Virus record (IMG/VR): IMGVR_UViG_3300020203_000008
Coordinates: 72,573 to 136,572 of that record
Strand: one strand, 5' to 3'
DNA: 64,000 nt
Source of the DNA: a virus
The notes beneath the pieces were generated by a model. It was not told where the DNA came from, did no database searches, and saw nothing but the letters and a program-made list of their open reading frames with translations. Both the position numbers and the translations under genes were made by a program. Positions 28,785 through 38,345 of the stretch are shown here, one piece after another (position 1 is the first letter of the stretch; each line of letters starts with the position of its first letter).

Positions 28785-29653
28785 GATTCTATCTGAGTGG
28801 TCCCATGCGTGGGATCAAGGAGCATAATTTCCCGGCCTTCGATAAGGCCGCAGCTTCGCTAAGAAACTCAGGTCATGACATTCTAGATCCGGCTGCTTCC
28901 TTTCCTGGACAGCCAAACCCTGGACGTGCGGCATGTATGCGTCATGACATAATGCTAATTCTGGGAGTAGACGGAATCATCGTCCTCCCGGAGTGGCAGG
29001 CAAGTCCGGGAGCCAGGATGGAAGTAGCTGAGGCATGGGCCATCGACATCCCTGTTTACTCGTACCAGACGTGGCTTAATACCGGCAACTTTGTGGAAAT
29101 CCCCCAATGTGTGGTGACTATCCCACGGGAAGATCAGTATTACCGCAAACTGTCGTTGGTCGGGCTCTCTGGGTTTGCTGAGGCAGGAAAAGATGAGGTA
29201 GCCCAGATCCTCCGGAAGTATGGCTGGACCCGAGTTGCGTTTGCTGACCCCCTTAAAAAGGTTGCCACGGATATGGGTTGGTCAGGTAAGAAAGATGACA
29301 CAGGACGACGACTCCTCCAAAGATTAGGGATCGCAGCCAGGGAGTACCTGGATCCTGATGTCTGGGTGGTGGCTGGAGAAAGACTGATTGAGTCTGCCCG
29401 AGGCCCGGTAGTGATCACCGATGTTCGTTTCCCAAACGAGTTGTTCATGGTTCGCCGTCGTGGGGGAATCATGATTAGGATAACCAGGCCAGGGAAAAGT
29501 GCAGTCAATGAACACGTCTCTGAGCGTGCTGTAACCCATGAGGACTGCGACTACTCCATCATAAATGATGGTTCACTTGAGGATCTTGAACGGAAAGTCA
29601 TTCACCTCTTCGAGCGAAGAGGTCTGCCTATTTTGGAAGAGGTAAGCGTATGA
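28781..29653 (+). CDS. DUF4406 (deoxyribosyltransferase-like) fused to dNMP kinase
   Basis: N-terminal YLSGPMRG-NFPAF...W--S-GA--E; C-terminal GLSGFAEAGKD, FADPLK, R-LLQ-LG, ITDVRFPNE, HVSE. Confidence 0.85.
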   Translation: MRFYLSGPMRGIKEHNFPAFDKAAASLRNSGHDILDPAASFPGQPNPGRAACMRHDIMLILGVDGIIVLPEWQASPGARMEVAEAWAIDIPVYSYQTWLNTGNFVEIPQCVVTIPREDQYYRKLSLVGLSGFAEAGKDEVAQILRKYGWTRVAFADPLKKVATDMGWSGKKDDTGRRLLQRLGIAAREYLDPDVWVVAGERLIESARGPVVITDVRFPNELFMVRRRGGIMIRITRPGKSAVNEHVSERAVTHEDCDYSIINDGSLEDLERKVIHLFERRGLPILEEVSV

Positions 29654-29683
29654 CGAGAAAGGTGATTTAGAAAGCTATGGGTT

Positions 29684-30172
29684 ATGAGTAAGCGAAGATG
29701 CACAGCTTGTAGGGACTATTTTGACAGAGATCGGATGTACCGTCAGGGCGTCTCGGGAGTTTGTTCCCCGGAATGCCTAAGGGCTCTACAGGATAAAGCG
29801 AGAGCCAAACGCAAGCGTCGGCAGCTTCACAAGGAGCGCCGTGTACGCTACGGTCGTCGTCTACCAGGAGCTACAAGGGACCGTGTAAGGAAGCGTGACG
29901 GAAACATCTGTAGGGTCTGCCAGAAGAACACGAATGCCATGCAAATCCATCATATTGTTTATCGCAGCCAAGGTGGTTCTGATGCTGTCCATAATCTAAT
30001 CACGCTTTGCGCTGTGCATCATGCCTTGATGCACTCATCAAAGGTGAAGTGGCAGCCGGTCTGTCTAGCTGTAATTTGGATATGCTATGTCGAGAACAGG
30101 TATGTGACTGTTCCTGAGGCTCTAAAAATATGCCATAAATTAGGATTAGTTGAGCGAGAAGCTCGGGCTTAA
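29684..30172 (+). CDS. HNH endonuclease with N-terminal Zn motif (NinG/Rap-like layout)
   Basis: RD-CRVC, IHHIVYRSQGG, NLITLC-HH-H; N-terminal CxxC...CSPEC. Confidence 0.85.
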   Translation: MSKRRCTACRDYFDRDRMYRQGVSGVCSPECLRALQDKARAKRKRRQLHKERRVRYGRRLPGATRDRVRKRDGNICRVCQKNTNAMQIHHIVYRSQGGSDAVHNLITLCAVHHALMHSSKVKWQPVCLAVIWICYVENRYVTVPEALKICHKLGLVEREARA

Positions 30173-30313
30173 TCGGAAACCTTTTCCCCGGCCGTTTCCG
30201 CACGGAAAAATTCCGTGGGTGCGACTACCAAAAATTTTTTGGGGTTTCGGATACGTTCAGGTTTTACGTGTCTTCGATGTCGGCCTTGATGACGATGACA
30301 CCTGGTGGGCTGG

Positions 30314-30538
30314 TTATCGGTGCCACCCGTCGTTGTCGATCTGGTCGGGCTGGTGGATCAGAACGTCGCATCCCCGCAACGCCTCTTCCCGTTTCGTGAG
30401 TCCTTCGCATGGCCCCTTGTCAGTGACCATCCCCCATGCACCCCATGCCACTAGGGCGATAATGGCGATCCACGTCAGGAGTCGCCGAACGGTGATGGGC
30501 TGGTCCATCATTTTTTCTTTCCCGGTTTGAAACCCCAT
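30314..30538 (-). CDS. Small membrane protein
   Basis: One TM helix and two Cys; last gene of the minus arm. Confidence 0.5.
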   Translation of the reverse strand: MGFQTGKEKMMDQPITVRRLLTWIAIIALVAWGAWGMVTDKGPCEGLTKREEALRGCDVLIHQPDQIDNDGWHR

Positions 30539-30641
30539 TCATGAGCGGAGGTTCTGTGTTTACGGCGACGTTCGAACTGAATACCTGTTGCTGTTCCGCA
30601 TCCGAAGAGTACGATTCCTGAAACAACAAACTCTAGTAGAC

Positions 30642-30902
30642 TCAATCGTTAGTTCCTATTTCGATACCCCATTCAGGAGGATTTGGCAAGGTTGGGTACG
30701 GTTCTGACCACCACCAACCATCCCAATCTGCTGCTATAGCAGTGTCAGTGTGAACGTATTGATCTACTGCCGGATAACCGCATCGATCTGAGGTTGGGTA
30801 GCGACCTTCAAGGTCTGGGCATTCTTTCTGCCAGTGACCTCGGGCAAAGTGCTGCCACTCAGCAGAAATTACAATTGCTTGAGCGATCGTGTCATTGTTC
30901 AC
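30642..30902 (-). CDS. Hypothetical protein
   Basis: Trp-rich 86 aa; GGAG RBS. Confidence 0.5.
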   Translation of the reverse strand: MNNDTIAQAIVISAEWQHFARGHWQKECPDLEGRYPTSDRCGYPAVDQYVHTDTAIAADWDGWWWSEPYPTLPNPPEWGIEIGTND

Positions 30903-30947
30903 TACGGTCTCCGCTCGAACTCGTAAGAGGATGCCACCATGGGCATA

Positions 30948-31223
30948 TCAGAACTTCAGGTAGATGACTTCAATACCGAGGGCGTCCAACAGCAACGCCC
31001 TGGCGATGGTGTCGAGGTCGTTGTTCAACGTAGCTTGGGCGTCGAGCACTTCCTCAATCTCGGTCTGCACACGGGTCAGGTGCTCGGATTCGATTACCAC
31101 CTTGTCCCGAGTGATTGCCACCTTGTCCCGAGCCTTGCCAAGAGCAGCATATAGACGCGTCTGTTCCGTCTTTAGCAGCTTGGCCTGCTCCACAATCTCG
31201 TTCTGCTTGGCTGTAAGCGCCAT
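30948..31223 (-). CDS. Coiled-coil hypothetical protein
   Basis: Heptad pattern; coupled to csrA. Confidence 0.6.
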   Translation of the reverse strand: MALTAKQNEIVEQAKLLKTEQTRLYAALGKARDKVAITRDKVVIESEHLTRVQTEIEEVLDAQATLNNDLDTIARALLLDALGIEVIYLKF

Positions 31224-31438
31224 TATCGCTTCTCCAATTTGACGGTAAAATCCGTTCTTCGCTTTCGTTCTGTGACTTCGTGGCGATCCACCAGGATTTT
31301 ACGTGGAGCGCGAATACAAATTCTGGCTTGACCTTCGCTGATCTCTGCTACTTCAACTTCGATGATCCCGCCAGCGATGTCGATGATCTGACCTACTCTG
31401 CGAGTGAGGACGAGCGTCGTGATGTCGTCTTCGGTCAT
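31223..31438 (-). CDS. csrA: CsrA/RsmA-family translational regulator
   Basis: LVLTRRVGQ-I-I...I-V-V...Q-RI-I-AP--I-V-R-EV CsrA signature. Confidence 0.85.
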   Translation of the reverse strand: MTEDDITTLVLTRRVGQIIDIAGGIIEVEVAEISEGQARICIRAPRKILVDRHEVTERKRRTDFTVKLEKR

Positions 31439-31803
31439 TAAGGCGTCAACCTAACCCTAGAGGGACGCTTACGCTTCAGGCTCGGATCTTGATACTCAAC
31501 CTCGATCCGACCATGCCTTGCAAGACCACGAACACCAATCGCAACCAACATACGTTGGCCGGTCTGGATCGTCGTGTTCTTGTCGCCGTAGTGACGGTCC
31601 TGTTGAGGACGACCCTGACGGTCATAATGCTGTTGGCGATTCTTCTCGGCCTTGCGCCAAGCAACCCCAGGAGGAACGAGCGGCATGCATTCACTCACGA
31701 TCTCATCGAAGTTGTGCCACTCACCATCCTGAAGGATATCCAGGACCTTCAAGGTCCAAGGGTTAGCTGTTTTCCTAACAGCAGTTTTCTTCTCATTGCT
31801 CAT
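31438..31803 (-). CDS. Putative winged-helix DNA-binding protein
   Basis: VLDILQDGEWH---EI motif; basic. Confidence 0.5.
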   Translation of the reverse strand: MSNEKKTAVRKTANPWTLKVLDILQDGEWHNFDEIVSECMPLVPPGVAWRKAEKNRQQHYDRQGRPQQDRHYGDKNTTIQTGQRMLVAIGVRGLARHGRIEVEYQDPSLKRKRPSRVRLTP

Positions 31804-31825
31804 CCGTAAACCTACTTTCTAGATC

Positions 31826-31873
31826 AAAAAAAGAGAGGGAGGGAAGCCCCACCACAGCGACTTCCCTCCCTCA
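31826..31873 (-). terminator. Rho-independent terminator after ParB-like gene
   Basis: GAGGGAGGGAAG...CTTCCCTCCCTC 12-bp stem followed by a U-rich tract on the minus strand. Confidence 0.75.
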
Positions 31874-31893
31874 TTTCCCATGTCCAGGGAAAA

Positions 31894-32892
31894 CTAGTCA
31901 GCCAATGCCAGTTCAGCTTCGGTCAAAGTCTGCTTGGCCTGCTTCACCTTAGCGAGAAGCTCTTCGCGCTCTTCAGCGTCCAACCCGTTTAGCGCATCCT
32001 TGATCTTCGCTTTCAGGATGTAGCCGATGTGAGCAGAGAACAAAGTGCGGGGGCTTGCTCCAGGGTGGGTCTTCTTGCCCTTACCCTGAGCGGCAAGCTT
32101 CGCTACTTTCTGGGCACGCTTCTCTTCCAGAGCCTTACGGTGAGCCTTCTCGGACTGACTCAGATGCTTCTTCAGGAAGCCCAACTGCTCCGCCTCGGAG
32201 GAAAAGGTGATGGTGTCGTTGATCAGATCCTTCATCTGTGCGACCGTGAAGTTAAACTTCGATGCAAGCTGCACAGCCTGAGCGAATACCGAATCCAGGG
32301 TAAGACGACGGTGGAGCATGACCCGACCAGTGCGCTGTTCGATCCGGGACCACGAGGGGAGTACCCCATGCTTACGGGCACGCTCATGACCGCGGTAATC
32401 CTGAAGAGCCTCACTGACCCGCTTCTCCGGGAGACGCAGGAACTGTGCGACCTGAGAGACCGTCCAGTTCTGCGAAAGGAGATTCACCGCGTGGTGATCC
32501 CGGTCTTCTTCGGTGGGCGAGAAGCCCGTCATCACGTTGTTGAACTCGTAGGTAAGAGCGTTACGTAGTTCAGGAGTGGGGACGATGCAGATGTATGCGT
32601 CGATCTGCTTGCGTCCTGCCTTTTCTGATGCAGCCCAACGGTGGTTACCGTCCATGGTAACGAAGGAGTCAGGGCCGGTTTTGTCGAGGAACACTACGAT
32701 GGCGGGAAATTCATCCCCATTGATTAGGCATTCCTTGTACTGCATGACCTTGTCGTGGCTCAGGGGAGCAGAGACTCGTGCCTGATTGGCCAGGCTCTTA
32801 GCCCGGTTGATCTGGGAGAGTGCGACGGAGCCGTACTCCCAGTCGATCTCAGGATGGTCTCCAAGAAGTCGTTCGATGGTGGCGCTTTTCAT
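31894..32892 (-). CDS. ParB/Srx N-terminal domain protein
   Basis: NQAR, FPAIVV, MDGNHRWAA, followed by an HTH-like segment. Confidence 0.75.
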   Translation of the reverse strand: MKSATIERLLGDHPEIDWEYGSVALSQINRAKSLANQARVSAPLSHDKVMQYKECLINGDEFPAIVVFLDKTGPDSFVTMDGNHRWAASEKAGRKQIDAYICIVPTPELRNALTYEFNNVMTGFSPTEEDRDHHAVNLLSQNWTVSQVAQFLRLPEKRVSEALQDYRGHERARKHGVLPSWSRIEQRTGRVMLHRRLTLDSVFAQAVQLASKFNFTVAQMKDLINDTITFSSEAEQLGFLKKHLSQSEKAHRKALEEKRAQKVAKLAAQGKGKKTHPGASPRTLFSAHIGYILKAKIKDALNGLDAEEREELLAKVKQAKQTLTEAELALAD

Positions 32893-32948
32893 TGGTCAAC
32901 TTTCGTTCGGTGAATGGTGAGTAACATACTATCGGGATGGCGGGACAG

Positions 32949-33416
32949 TCAAGCAAGATTTTTGGCAATCTCAACGAGCCCATCCTTGGCCTCTTGGATG
33001 GCAGCAGCCGACAGGTGGGACTTGCTGATCTCAACGTTGGCTCCAATGGCAGCAAACCGTTCTACAATTTCCAAAGCAGACTTCTCTGAGATGGCCCGGT
33101 TCAGTAGCTGTGGCGCAGGGTCAAGACCACCTGTCCGTTCAACAAGAGTTTTTGCTTCCTTCAAACCCAGGGAAGTGACCTGCCGTACTTCCTTGATGCA
33201 GGCGATTATTTTCTGGCCCCGATCGGTCAAGTAAACATCGTAAGGGCTTTCAAGGTCGTCCATGATGGTTGGCGTGACTCCGCTAGCCTTTTCAAGTGCG
33301 CTTACGAGATCGTTTCCTGTGAGGACAAGAAGAGTAATTATTTCTATGCCCGCAACTAGCCCCCCTTTGCTTTCTCTTTTTGCTTTCTCCCAGGCTTCAA
33401 CTTCTGGAATCATCAT
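32949..33416 (-). CDS. Ribosomal protein bL12 (L7/L12) C-terminal domain protein
   Basis: DVYL---GQKII-CIKEVRQVTSLGLKEAKTLVE...GANVEI matches bL12 CTD; non-ribosomal N-terminus and extra C-terminal helix. Confidence 0.8.
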   Translation of the reverse strand: MMIPEVEAWEKAKRESKGGLVAGIEIITLLVLTGNDLVSALEKASGVTPTIMDDLESPYDVYLTDRGQKIIACIKEVRQVTSLGLKEAKTLVERTGGLDPAPQLLNRAISEKSALEIVERFAAIGANVEISKSHLSAAAIQEAKDGLVEIAKNLA

Positions 33417-33527
33417 CTCCTCCGTGCAGCCATCTCGATGAAAGAGAGAACTACTACTAGACGATGAACAATCCGTTCACGCACCGGAGGACGAGTGCGC
33501 GCCCTAGCAAGAAGAACTTCAATTTCT

Positions 33528-34034
33528 TTAACTGTTGGATCCGACGACGGACCAGAGTTCTTCGTCCGCTTCGGTTGGGTCATACTCATTCGTTACGATC
33601 TCCTGATGTCTTCGTATGGCATCCTTCAGTCGTACATTCTCTGCGATAACGGAGTTACGTTCTTCCCTTATCATGTCCGGATAGACTGAACCAAACAGAC
33701 TGCTCCTCGCATCCTTGGCCTGTCGCAGCCTCTCATCTACTCCGTTGCGGAACCTAAGAGCGCCAGCCTTCCACTTATGGAACTCAGAGCGTTCCTTGGT
33801 GAACGCAGAGTCACTCATTTCACCGTGGTTCTTGGTTAAATCTGATTTCTTTGCGGCGATCTGGCTCTCTACGTTGGACTTCATGTGACTCAAGGTGCTG
33901 TAGAGTCTTGGACTCAGTTCGGGTTTACGTAGGAGTGAGGCTGTTTCGGTGTCCAATTGACCGCGTACCTCACGATCTACGATCTTATGGAATTCGTCTA
34001 AAGGTAGGTTGAGTAGGTAGTCAACGGTAGGCAT
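33528..34034 (-). CDS. Helical hypothetical protein
   Basis: 168 aa; C-terminal L--AI--H...ADEELW. Confidence 0.65.
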   Translation of the reverse strand: MPTVDYLLNLPLDEFHKIVDREVRGQLDTETASLLRKPELSPRLYSTLSHMKSNVESQIAAKKSDLTKNHGEMSDSAFTKERSEFHKWKAGALRFRNGVDERLRQAKDARSSLFGSVYPDMIREERNSVIAENVRLKDAIRRHQEIVTNEYDPTEADEELWSVVGSNS

Positions 34035-34042
34035 TCTTATCC

Positions 34043-34948
34043 TTATTTACGTTCGGCTTTGAGCTTGTTTAGCCCAGCTTGGGTGATCGATCGACCGCTT
34101 TCAGTGTACTCGATCAGATCGAACTTAAACAGGAGCCTCTCTAGGTCCCTGACGGTCGGGTCGGGGATCTGGAGAACACTCTGAATGGGCTTCAGTCCTG
34201 CGGTGCTGCCAAGCTTTACGAGTGCTCGCAGATACTTGTAGTGCATGGCCGAGAGCCCGATCTCGTCTACCCGGCAAAGGATCATCACTTCTTCTGCGAT
34301 TGGGATTCGGTTCAGACTGTGCTGAAGATCTCTGGCTGCAAGAACAAACTGACGTGCGTTCCTGGGGATTCCTCCCGTTGCCTTGCCAAGCTTCTGGGAC
34401 ACCTCGATCGAGAACTCTAGCTTAATCTTGATTGCCATGCCCGCAACGATCAGTCCCATCTCTTCGTTCGTGTACTCCTCGAACACGGGCTTTGTCGGGA
34501 AACGATCGAACAGCGGTGCGATCACCTTGTCGGGCTCGGTCGTAGCACCAATGACTGTGATTAGATTAGTGGAGTGCTTTCGTCCCCGCCGATCTTGGAT
34601 GTATCCAGACTCCAGTAGGGGAAGGAGGCTCTCTTGTTCCTTCTTGGATCCCCGGTGGATCTCATCCAGAAGCAGGACGGTGGGTTCCCACTCGTTGTCT
34701 ACTTCCTGGATCATGCTAATCATCGTTCGTTCATCCACCGGCATGGTCAGGCTGATGAATTCGTATCCAAGTTCCTTCGCAATGATTGTGGCGAGCGAAG
34801 TTTTACCAAACCCAGGCGGGCCGGTAAGTAGAATATGGTCGAGCATATGACCCTGCGCCACAGCAGAGGCAATATGGATACTCAGTCGATCCTTCAGCAT
34901 GGTCTGACCAACAAAGTCTTTCCATGTGTCAACTCGAACCTGATCCAT
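34043..34948 (-). CDS. ruvB: RuvB-like Holliday junction branch-migration ATPase
   Basis: DFVGQ, LDHILLTGPPGFGKTSLA-IIA-E, DEIHR, IGATT, PL-DRF, G-PR-A and C-terminal winged helix. Confidence 0.88.
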   Translation of the reverse strand: MDQVRVDTWKDFVGQTMLKDRLSIHIASAVAQGHMLDHILLTGPPGFGKTSLATIIAKELGYEFISLTMPVDERTMISMIQEVDNEWEPTVLLLDEIHRGSKKEQESLLPLLESGYIQDRRGRKHSTNLITVIGATTEPDKVIAPLFDRFPTKPVFEEYTNEEMGLIVAGMAIKIKLEFSIEVSQKLGKATGGIPRNARQFVLAARDLQHSLNRIPIAEEVMILCRVDEIGLSAMHYKYLRALVKLGSTAGLKPIQSVLQIPDPTVRDLERLLFKFDLIEYTESGRSITQAGLNKLKAERK

Positions 34949-35058
34949 TACACCTCTCTTTCGTTAAGCGTAAGATTTGTATTCGTCGTGGAAGCTAGCT
35001 TGGATCTCGGTCGAGAGCATGGAATGAGTGCCATCGGTGGGTGATTCCATCTCCAAGT

Positions 35059-35484
35059 TTAAAACCCTGATTGATTGGCACTGACTCTCACCTTGTACCG
35101 GAAGAGACTGGACTGGATTTCCATGCCCATAGTTGCGGAGATCCAAAGACCGCCCTCAATGGTCATGAGGACACTATAGGGTTCGTCATCCGCGTTCAGT
35201 ACGGGAACCTGCATCGTGCTGTTAATGGCACTGACACGCTTCGTGTCGTCCACGAAAAGGACGCCATCATTCGTATCTTCCGGCATCCTTCCTGAATTGT
35301 CAGCTACAGCATATCGAAGCGTTGACTTCTCCCGAAAGATCTTATGTCCATCGGGGATCTGGTGTACGAACTCCCATCGTTGAGTGTTGATTGGTTCAGT
35401 TACCAGCAAGGGGATCTCCTGGAATCGTCGGGTCGAGAGGCGGAAAAGGGAACTCGGCGGCTTCCTGAGCGTCAAGCTCCTCAT
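35059..35484 (-). CDS. Hypothetical protein (start uncertain)
   Basis: AVADNSG--P--T-DGVL motif; fills gap in operon. Confidence 0.5.
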   Translation of the reverse strand: MRSLTLRKPPSSLFRLSTRRFQEIPLLVTEPINTQRWEFVHQIPDGHKIFREKSTLRYAVADNSGRMPEDTNDGVLFVDDTKRVSAINSTMQVPVLNADDEPYSVLMTIEGGLWISATMGMEIQSSLFRYKVRVSANQSGF

Positions 35485-35719
35485 CTGTCAGAGCTACGGC
35501 CGAATGGATTTCACTGAAGTTCACAAAACTGTATTCACCTTCAGAATTAGCGTTTACCTTCACTGTTTCTGAAAGCTCAAGTGCTGAAGCACTCAGAACA
35601 CCGGCATCCACTGCCTTGATGTATCCGAAGGCTGTTACCTGTGCATCGACGTTAGTGGGGGCTTCAACCTCCAAGACGATACGGGAAACGCGCTGGAACT
35701 CAACGTTAAACTTGCTCAT
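35396..35719 (-). CDS. Hypothetical protein
   Basis: AAGGAG RBS; VEA---DA motif. Confidence 0.55.
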   Translation of the reverse strand: MSKFNVEFQRVSRIVLEVEAPTNVDAQVTAFGYIKAVDAGVLSASALELSETVKVNANSEGEYSFVNFSEIHSAVALTDEELDAQEAAEFPFPPLDPTIPGDPLAGN

Positions 35720-36065
35720 CCCACTCCTTCATTTTCTTCTCAAGGGTTTTGATCTGTTCTTTAGCTCGCTTAACATAGTCGATTACGACATCACGACGGA
35801 AAGCATTCTTCTTGTCAGTGTAAAGCTCTTCGAGCCTACGACTCCAAGGGGAAAGCTCCAACATCAGGTTGCCGTGCGAACCGTACAAACGGAACACGTC
35901 CGCATGTTCGGTACGCATCACATCGACGACGTTGGCATGGCAGCCTACACCAAATTCTCCGCCACGATGCATGTGTTGATTGATACCTTCAACAAAATCT
36001 TCGGGATGCTTCTTAAGCTGGTCCAAACCATCATTGAGAATCAGAATGGCTGTGTTATATCCCAT
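35706..36065 (-). CDS. Hypothetical protein
   Basis: GGAGG RBS; MGYNT-I-I-ND-L...HAD motif. Confidence 0.65.
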   Translation of the reverse strand: MGYNTAILILNDGLDQLKKHPEDFVEGINQHMHRGGEFGVGCHANVVDVMRTEHADVFRLYGSHGNLMLELSPWSRRLEELYTDKKNAFRRDVVIDYVKRAKEQIKTLEKKMKEWDEQV

Positions 36066-36669
36066 CTTTTGCCTCCTCTATTTCTAAAAGACCACGAGCC
36101 CTGTTAAGGCGAACAGTGAGACGCTCCAACACGTCACGTTTACGATTGACTTCTGTGAGGTCTGGACCTGATTCTGTATAGTCTGGATCTATATTTGCGT
36201 TACTCACCAAGATCCAATGGATTGCATCATCCAAAACTTCAAGGTCATCGACATAAAGTTTCATTCTGGTGCTCGGTTTGATCTTAGGCTTCGGTAGTGC
36301 AGGGTAAAGCTTCTCAGCTACAACACAGTCAATGCATGCACACTGACGCTTACCATTGAAGCTGATGCTCTGGCACCAACCCTTCTTCTTGAAATGCATA
36401 TTGTCATGTGGGACACCGTAGAACCCTACGCACCAATCACACCAATGTTCCCTGATAGGAGGAGCCTTGTCGCCGCGCTCCTTCCAATAGTGGAGAGGGA
36501 AGCCACGACTCTTCATCTTCTGACGACGCTTACGCTCCTTGGCAATAGCGACATCAAGCTGGTGCTCACTCAAAGGAAGCCCACCCTGCTCCGTCGCGGG
36601 CCGACTGGCGATCTTTTGCTTGCTGGGCTTTGGTCTTGCGATATCTAACGGGCTTCTTGATATCGGCAT
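36055..36669 (-). CDS. Cys/His-rich hypothetical protein
   Basis: CDWC-G-YGVPH...C...CACIDC. Confidence 0.6.
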   Translation of the reverse strand: MPISRSPLDIARPKPSKQKIASRPATEQGGLPLSEHQLDVAIAKERKRRQKMKSRGFPLHYWKERGDKAPPIREHWCDWCVGFYGVPHDNMHFKKKGWCQSISFNGKRQCACIDCVVAEKLYPALPKPKIKPSTRMKLYVDDLEVLDDAIHWILVSNANIDPDYTESGPDLTEVNRKRDVLERLTVRLNRARGLLEIEEAKDGI

Positions 36670-36705
36670 CTTTCACTGCCTTTTTCTTAGGCTTCGGTTT
36701 AGTCA

Positions 36706-37410
36706 TCAGAAACAGATACTTCCAAGTTGTAAAGAATTCTCTTGGTCAACGAACCTCATAAAGACCTCAAAATAGTTGTCTCCATCATGAGGCCAAAGAG
36801 GGTGTTGAAAGCACATACGAGGACGCTCTTCCCGAGGAAGACCTGCCCAACCCTCACATGCCCAATCATAACGATCTATGTTGGAGGCTTCTTCCATGGT
36901 CAACACACGGCGTCCATGTTCTCGGGCAGCCAACTCTTCAAATGCCTCATGGACACCTAGTTCCACCATGGCAACAATAATTGTCTGATTAGGAGTTAGG
37001 GAACCATGCTTTGAGGAATGGTAGTGAAACTCAACTTGCCATCCAACTTGGGTCAAACCCACACTACGGGGTTGAACTGTATCTCGTCTAGAGACTTCTA
37101 CGGATGGTCCGCAACTCCAGGTTGATTTGTAGTCCTGTTTGTAGACTGGACCTTTGTGGATACCTACTCTTTTACAGAGTAAGGCAGTTTCATATCGTTC
37201 TTCTACAACAGCGTAGCCGTTAAATTCCTTAGCTCGGATAGGGTCACCCATCAGGCTAATCCTATTGCCACCGTTAATCTCAATTCCGATGGATCGGATC
37301 TGCTTGATGCCCTTGGCACCGAAAAGCTGCTTGACGGGATCAACGCAACGTCGTGCAATGAAGTTACGTTGCGTGGGCTTCAGAGCCTTGGGAATCTTAA
37401 TCTTAGGCAT
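36706..37410 (-). CDS. Hypothetical protein
   Basis: 234 aa; AAGGAG RBS. Confidence 0.65.
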   Translation of the reverse strand: MPKIKIPKALKPTQRNFIARRCVDPVKQLFGAKGIKQIRSIGIEINGGNRISLMGDPIRAKEFNGYAVVEERYETALLCKRVGIHKGPVYKQDYKSTWSCGPSVEVSRRDTVQPRSVGLTQVGWQVEFHYHSSKHGSLTPNQTIIVAMVELGVHEAFEELAAREHGRRVLTMEEASNIDRYDWACEGWAGLPREERPRMCFQHPLWPHDGDNYFEVFMRFVDQENSLQLGSICF

Positions 37411-37458
37411 CGTTCTCCTTAGCGGGTAGGGTCCCTCATCGGTTCGGCTCCTTGGTTG

Positions 37459-37788
37459 TCATCTCGTTCCCCTCGGGCCAGCGGAAGGACGTTCCATCCA
37501 TGCCTGGGTGTCGTCGTCGGAGGGACTGGTAGCAGCCAGGGCCGCGCGAGCGGGGTCTCGAATGAGGAGCGCCAGACGAATAATCTCGTGGACGCTCGGC
37601 GGCTCATCTACGACGGTGAGGCGTTCGGCCCACATCCGCATGCCGTGAGCACGAATCGCCGCCGTTTCGAGTGCGTCTCGGAGACGGTCGCGTTCAGCTT
37701 CCGCTGACTCAGCGCGCTCACGCAACGGCCGTTCCCACTCCTCGCGAACCTTCGCCATCATCACCTCGGTCGGATTGAAGTCGCTCAT
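37459..37788 (-). CDS. Hypothetical protein (GC-rich)
   Basis: RAE-AEAERDRLRDAL coiled coil. Confidence 0.5.
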   Translation of the reverse strand: MSDFNPTEVMMAKVREEWERPLRERAESAEAERDRLRDALETAAIRAHGMRMWAERLTVVDEPPSVHEIIRLALLIRDPARAALAATSPSDDDTQAWMERPSAGPRGTR

Positions 37789-37999
37789 GATGCTCCCTTC
37801 TCGGCTCGCACGATGCGGTGGCCGATTTTGGCGTACTGCACGAGTATGTAGGCTTCTTGGAGGCGTGCCTGGTGGTAGCTGTCCACTGTGTCCTTGAAGA
37901 CGGTGGGTACGCCGTTGTCATCGGTCACGATGGTACGCACGTGGTAGCGCGCCTCGGCGTCATCTTTACGCGGAAGACTGGTGAGTTTCACCGCCACGG

Positions 38000-38287
38000 T
38001 CACATCAACCCCCGATGCTTCATCTCCAAAAGGCAACCATGATAAACAGCATGGAGATCCTTACCGGTGTCCGTCTTCGGATTCATAAGCTCACCACGTT
38101 TGTAAAGCTCCCGCTTTGCCTCATTGAACTTCTGCGAAAGCTCAAAGTCACTCAAACTGGAGACTGTGACTGCACCAAGCTTCTCAATGTCAGACGTATC
38201 GAGGTTCAGATCGTCAGTCATCTGAGCAAAGATGCGTTTCATGTTGTCGTTGTCTTCATGGTTATCGCCCGGCTCAATAATTGCCAT
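38000..38287 (-). CDS. Hypothetical protein
   Basis: AGGAGG RBS; 95 aa. Confidence 0.6.
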   Translation of the reverse strand: MAIIEPGDNHEDNDNMKRIFAQMTDDLNLDTSDIEKLGAVTVSSLSDFELSQKFNEAKRELYKRGELMNPKTDTGKDLHAVYHGCLLEMKHRGLM

Positions 38288-38345
38288 TTATGTACCTCCT
38301 ATTTCAGAAAAATTATTCTGGTAATTTCAAAGCTTTTAGGTTTTA

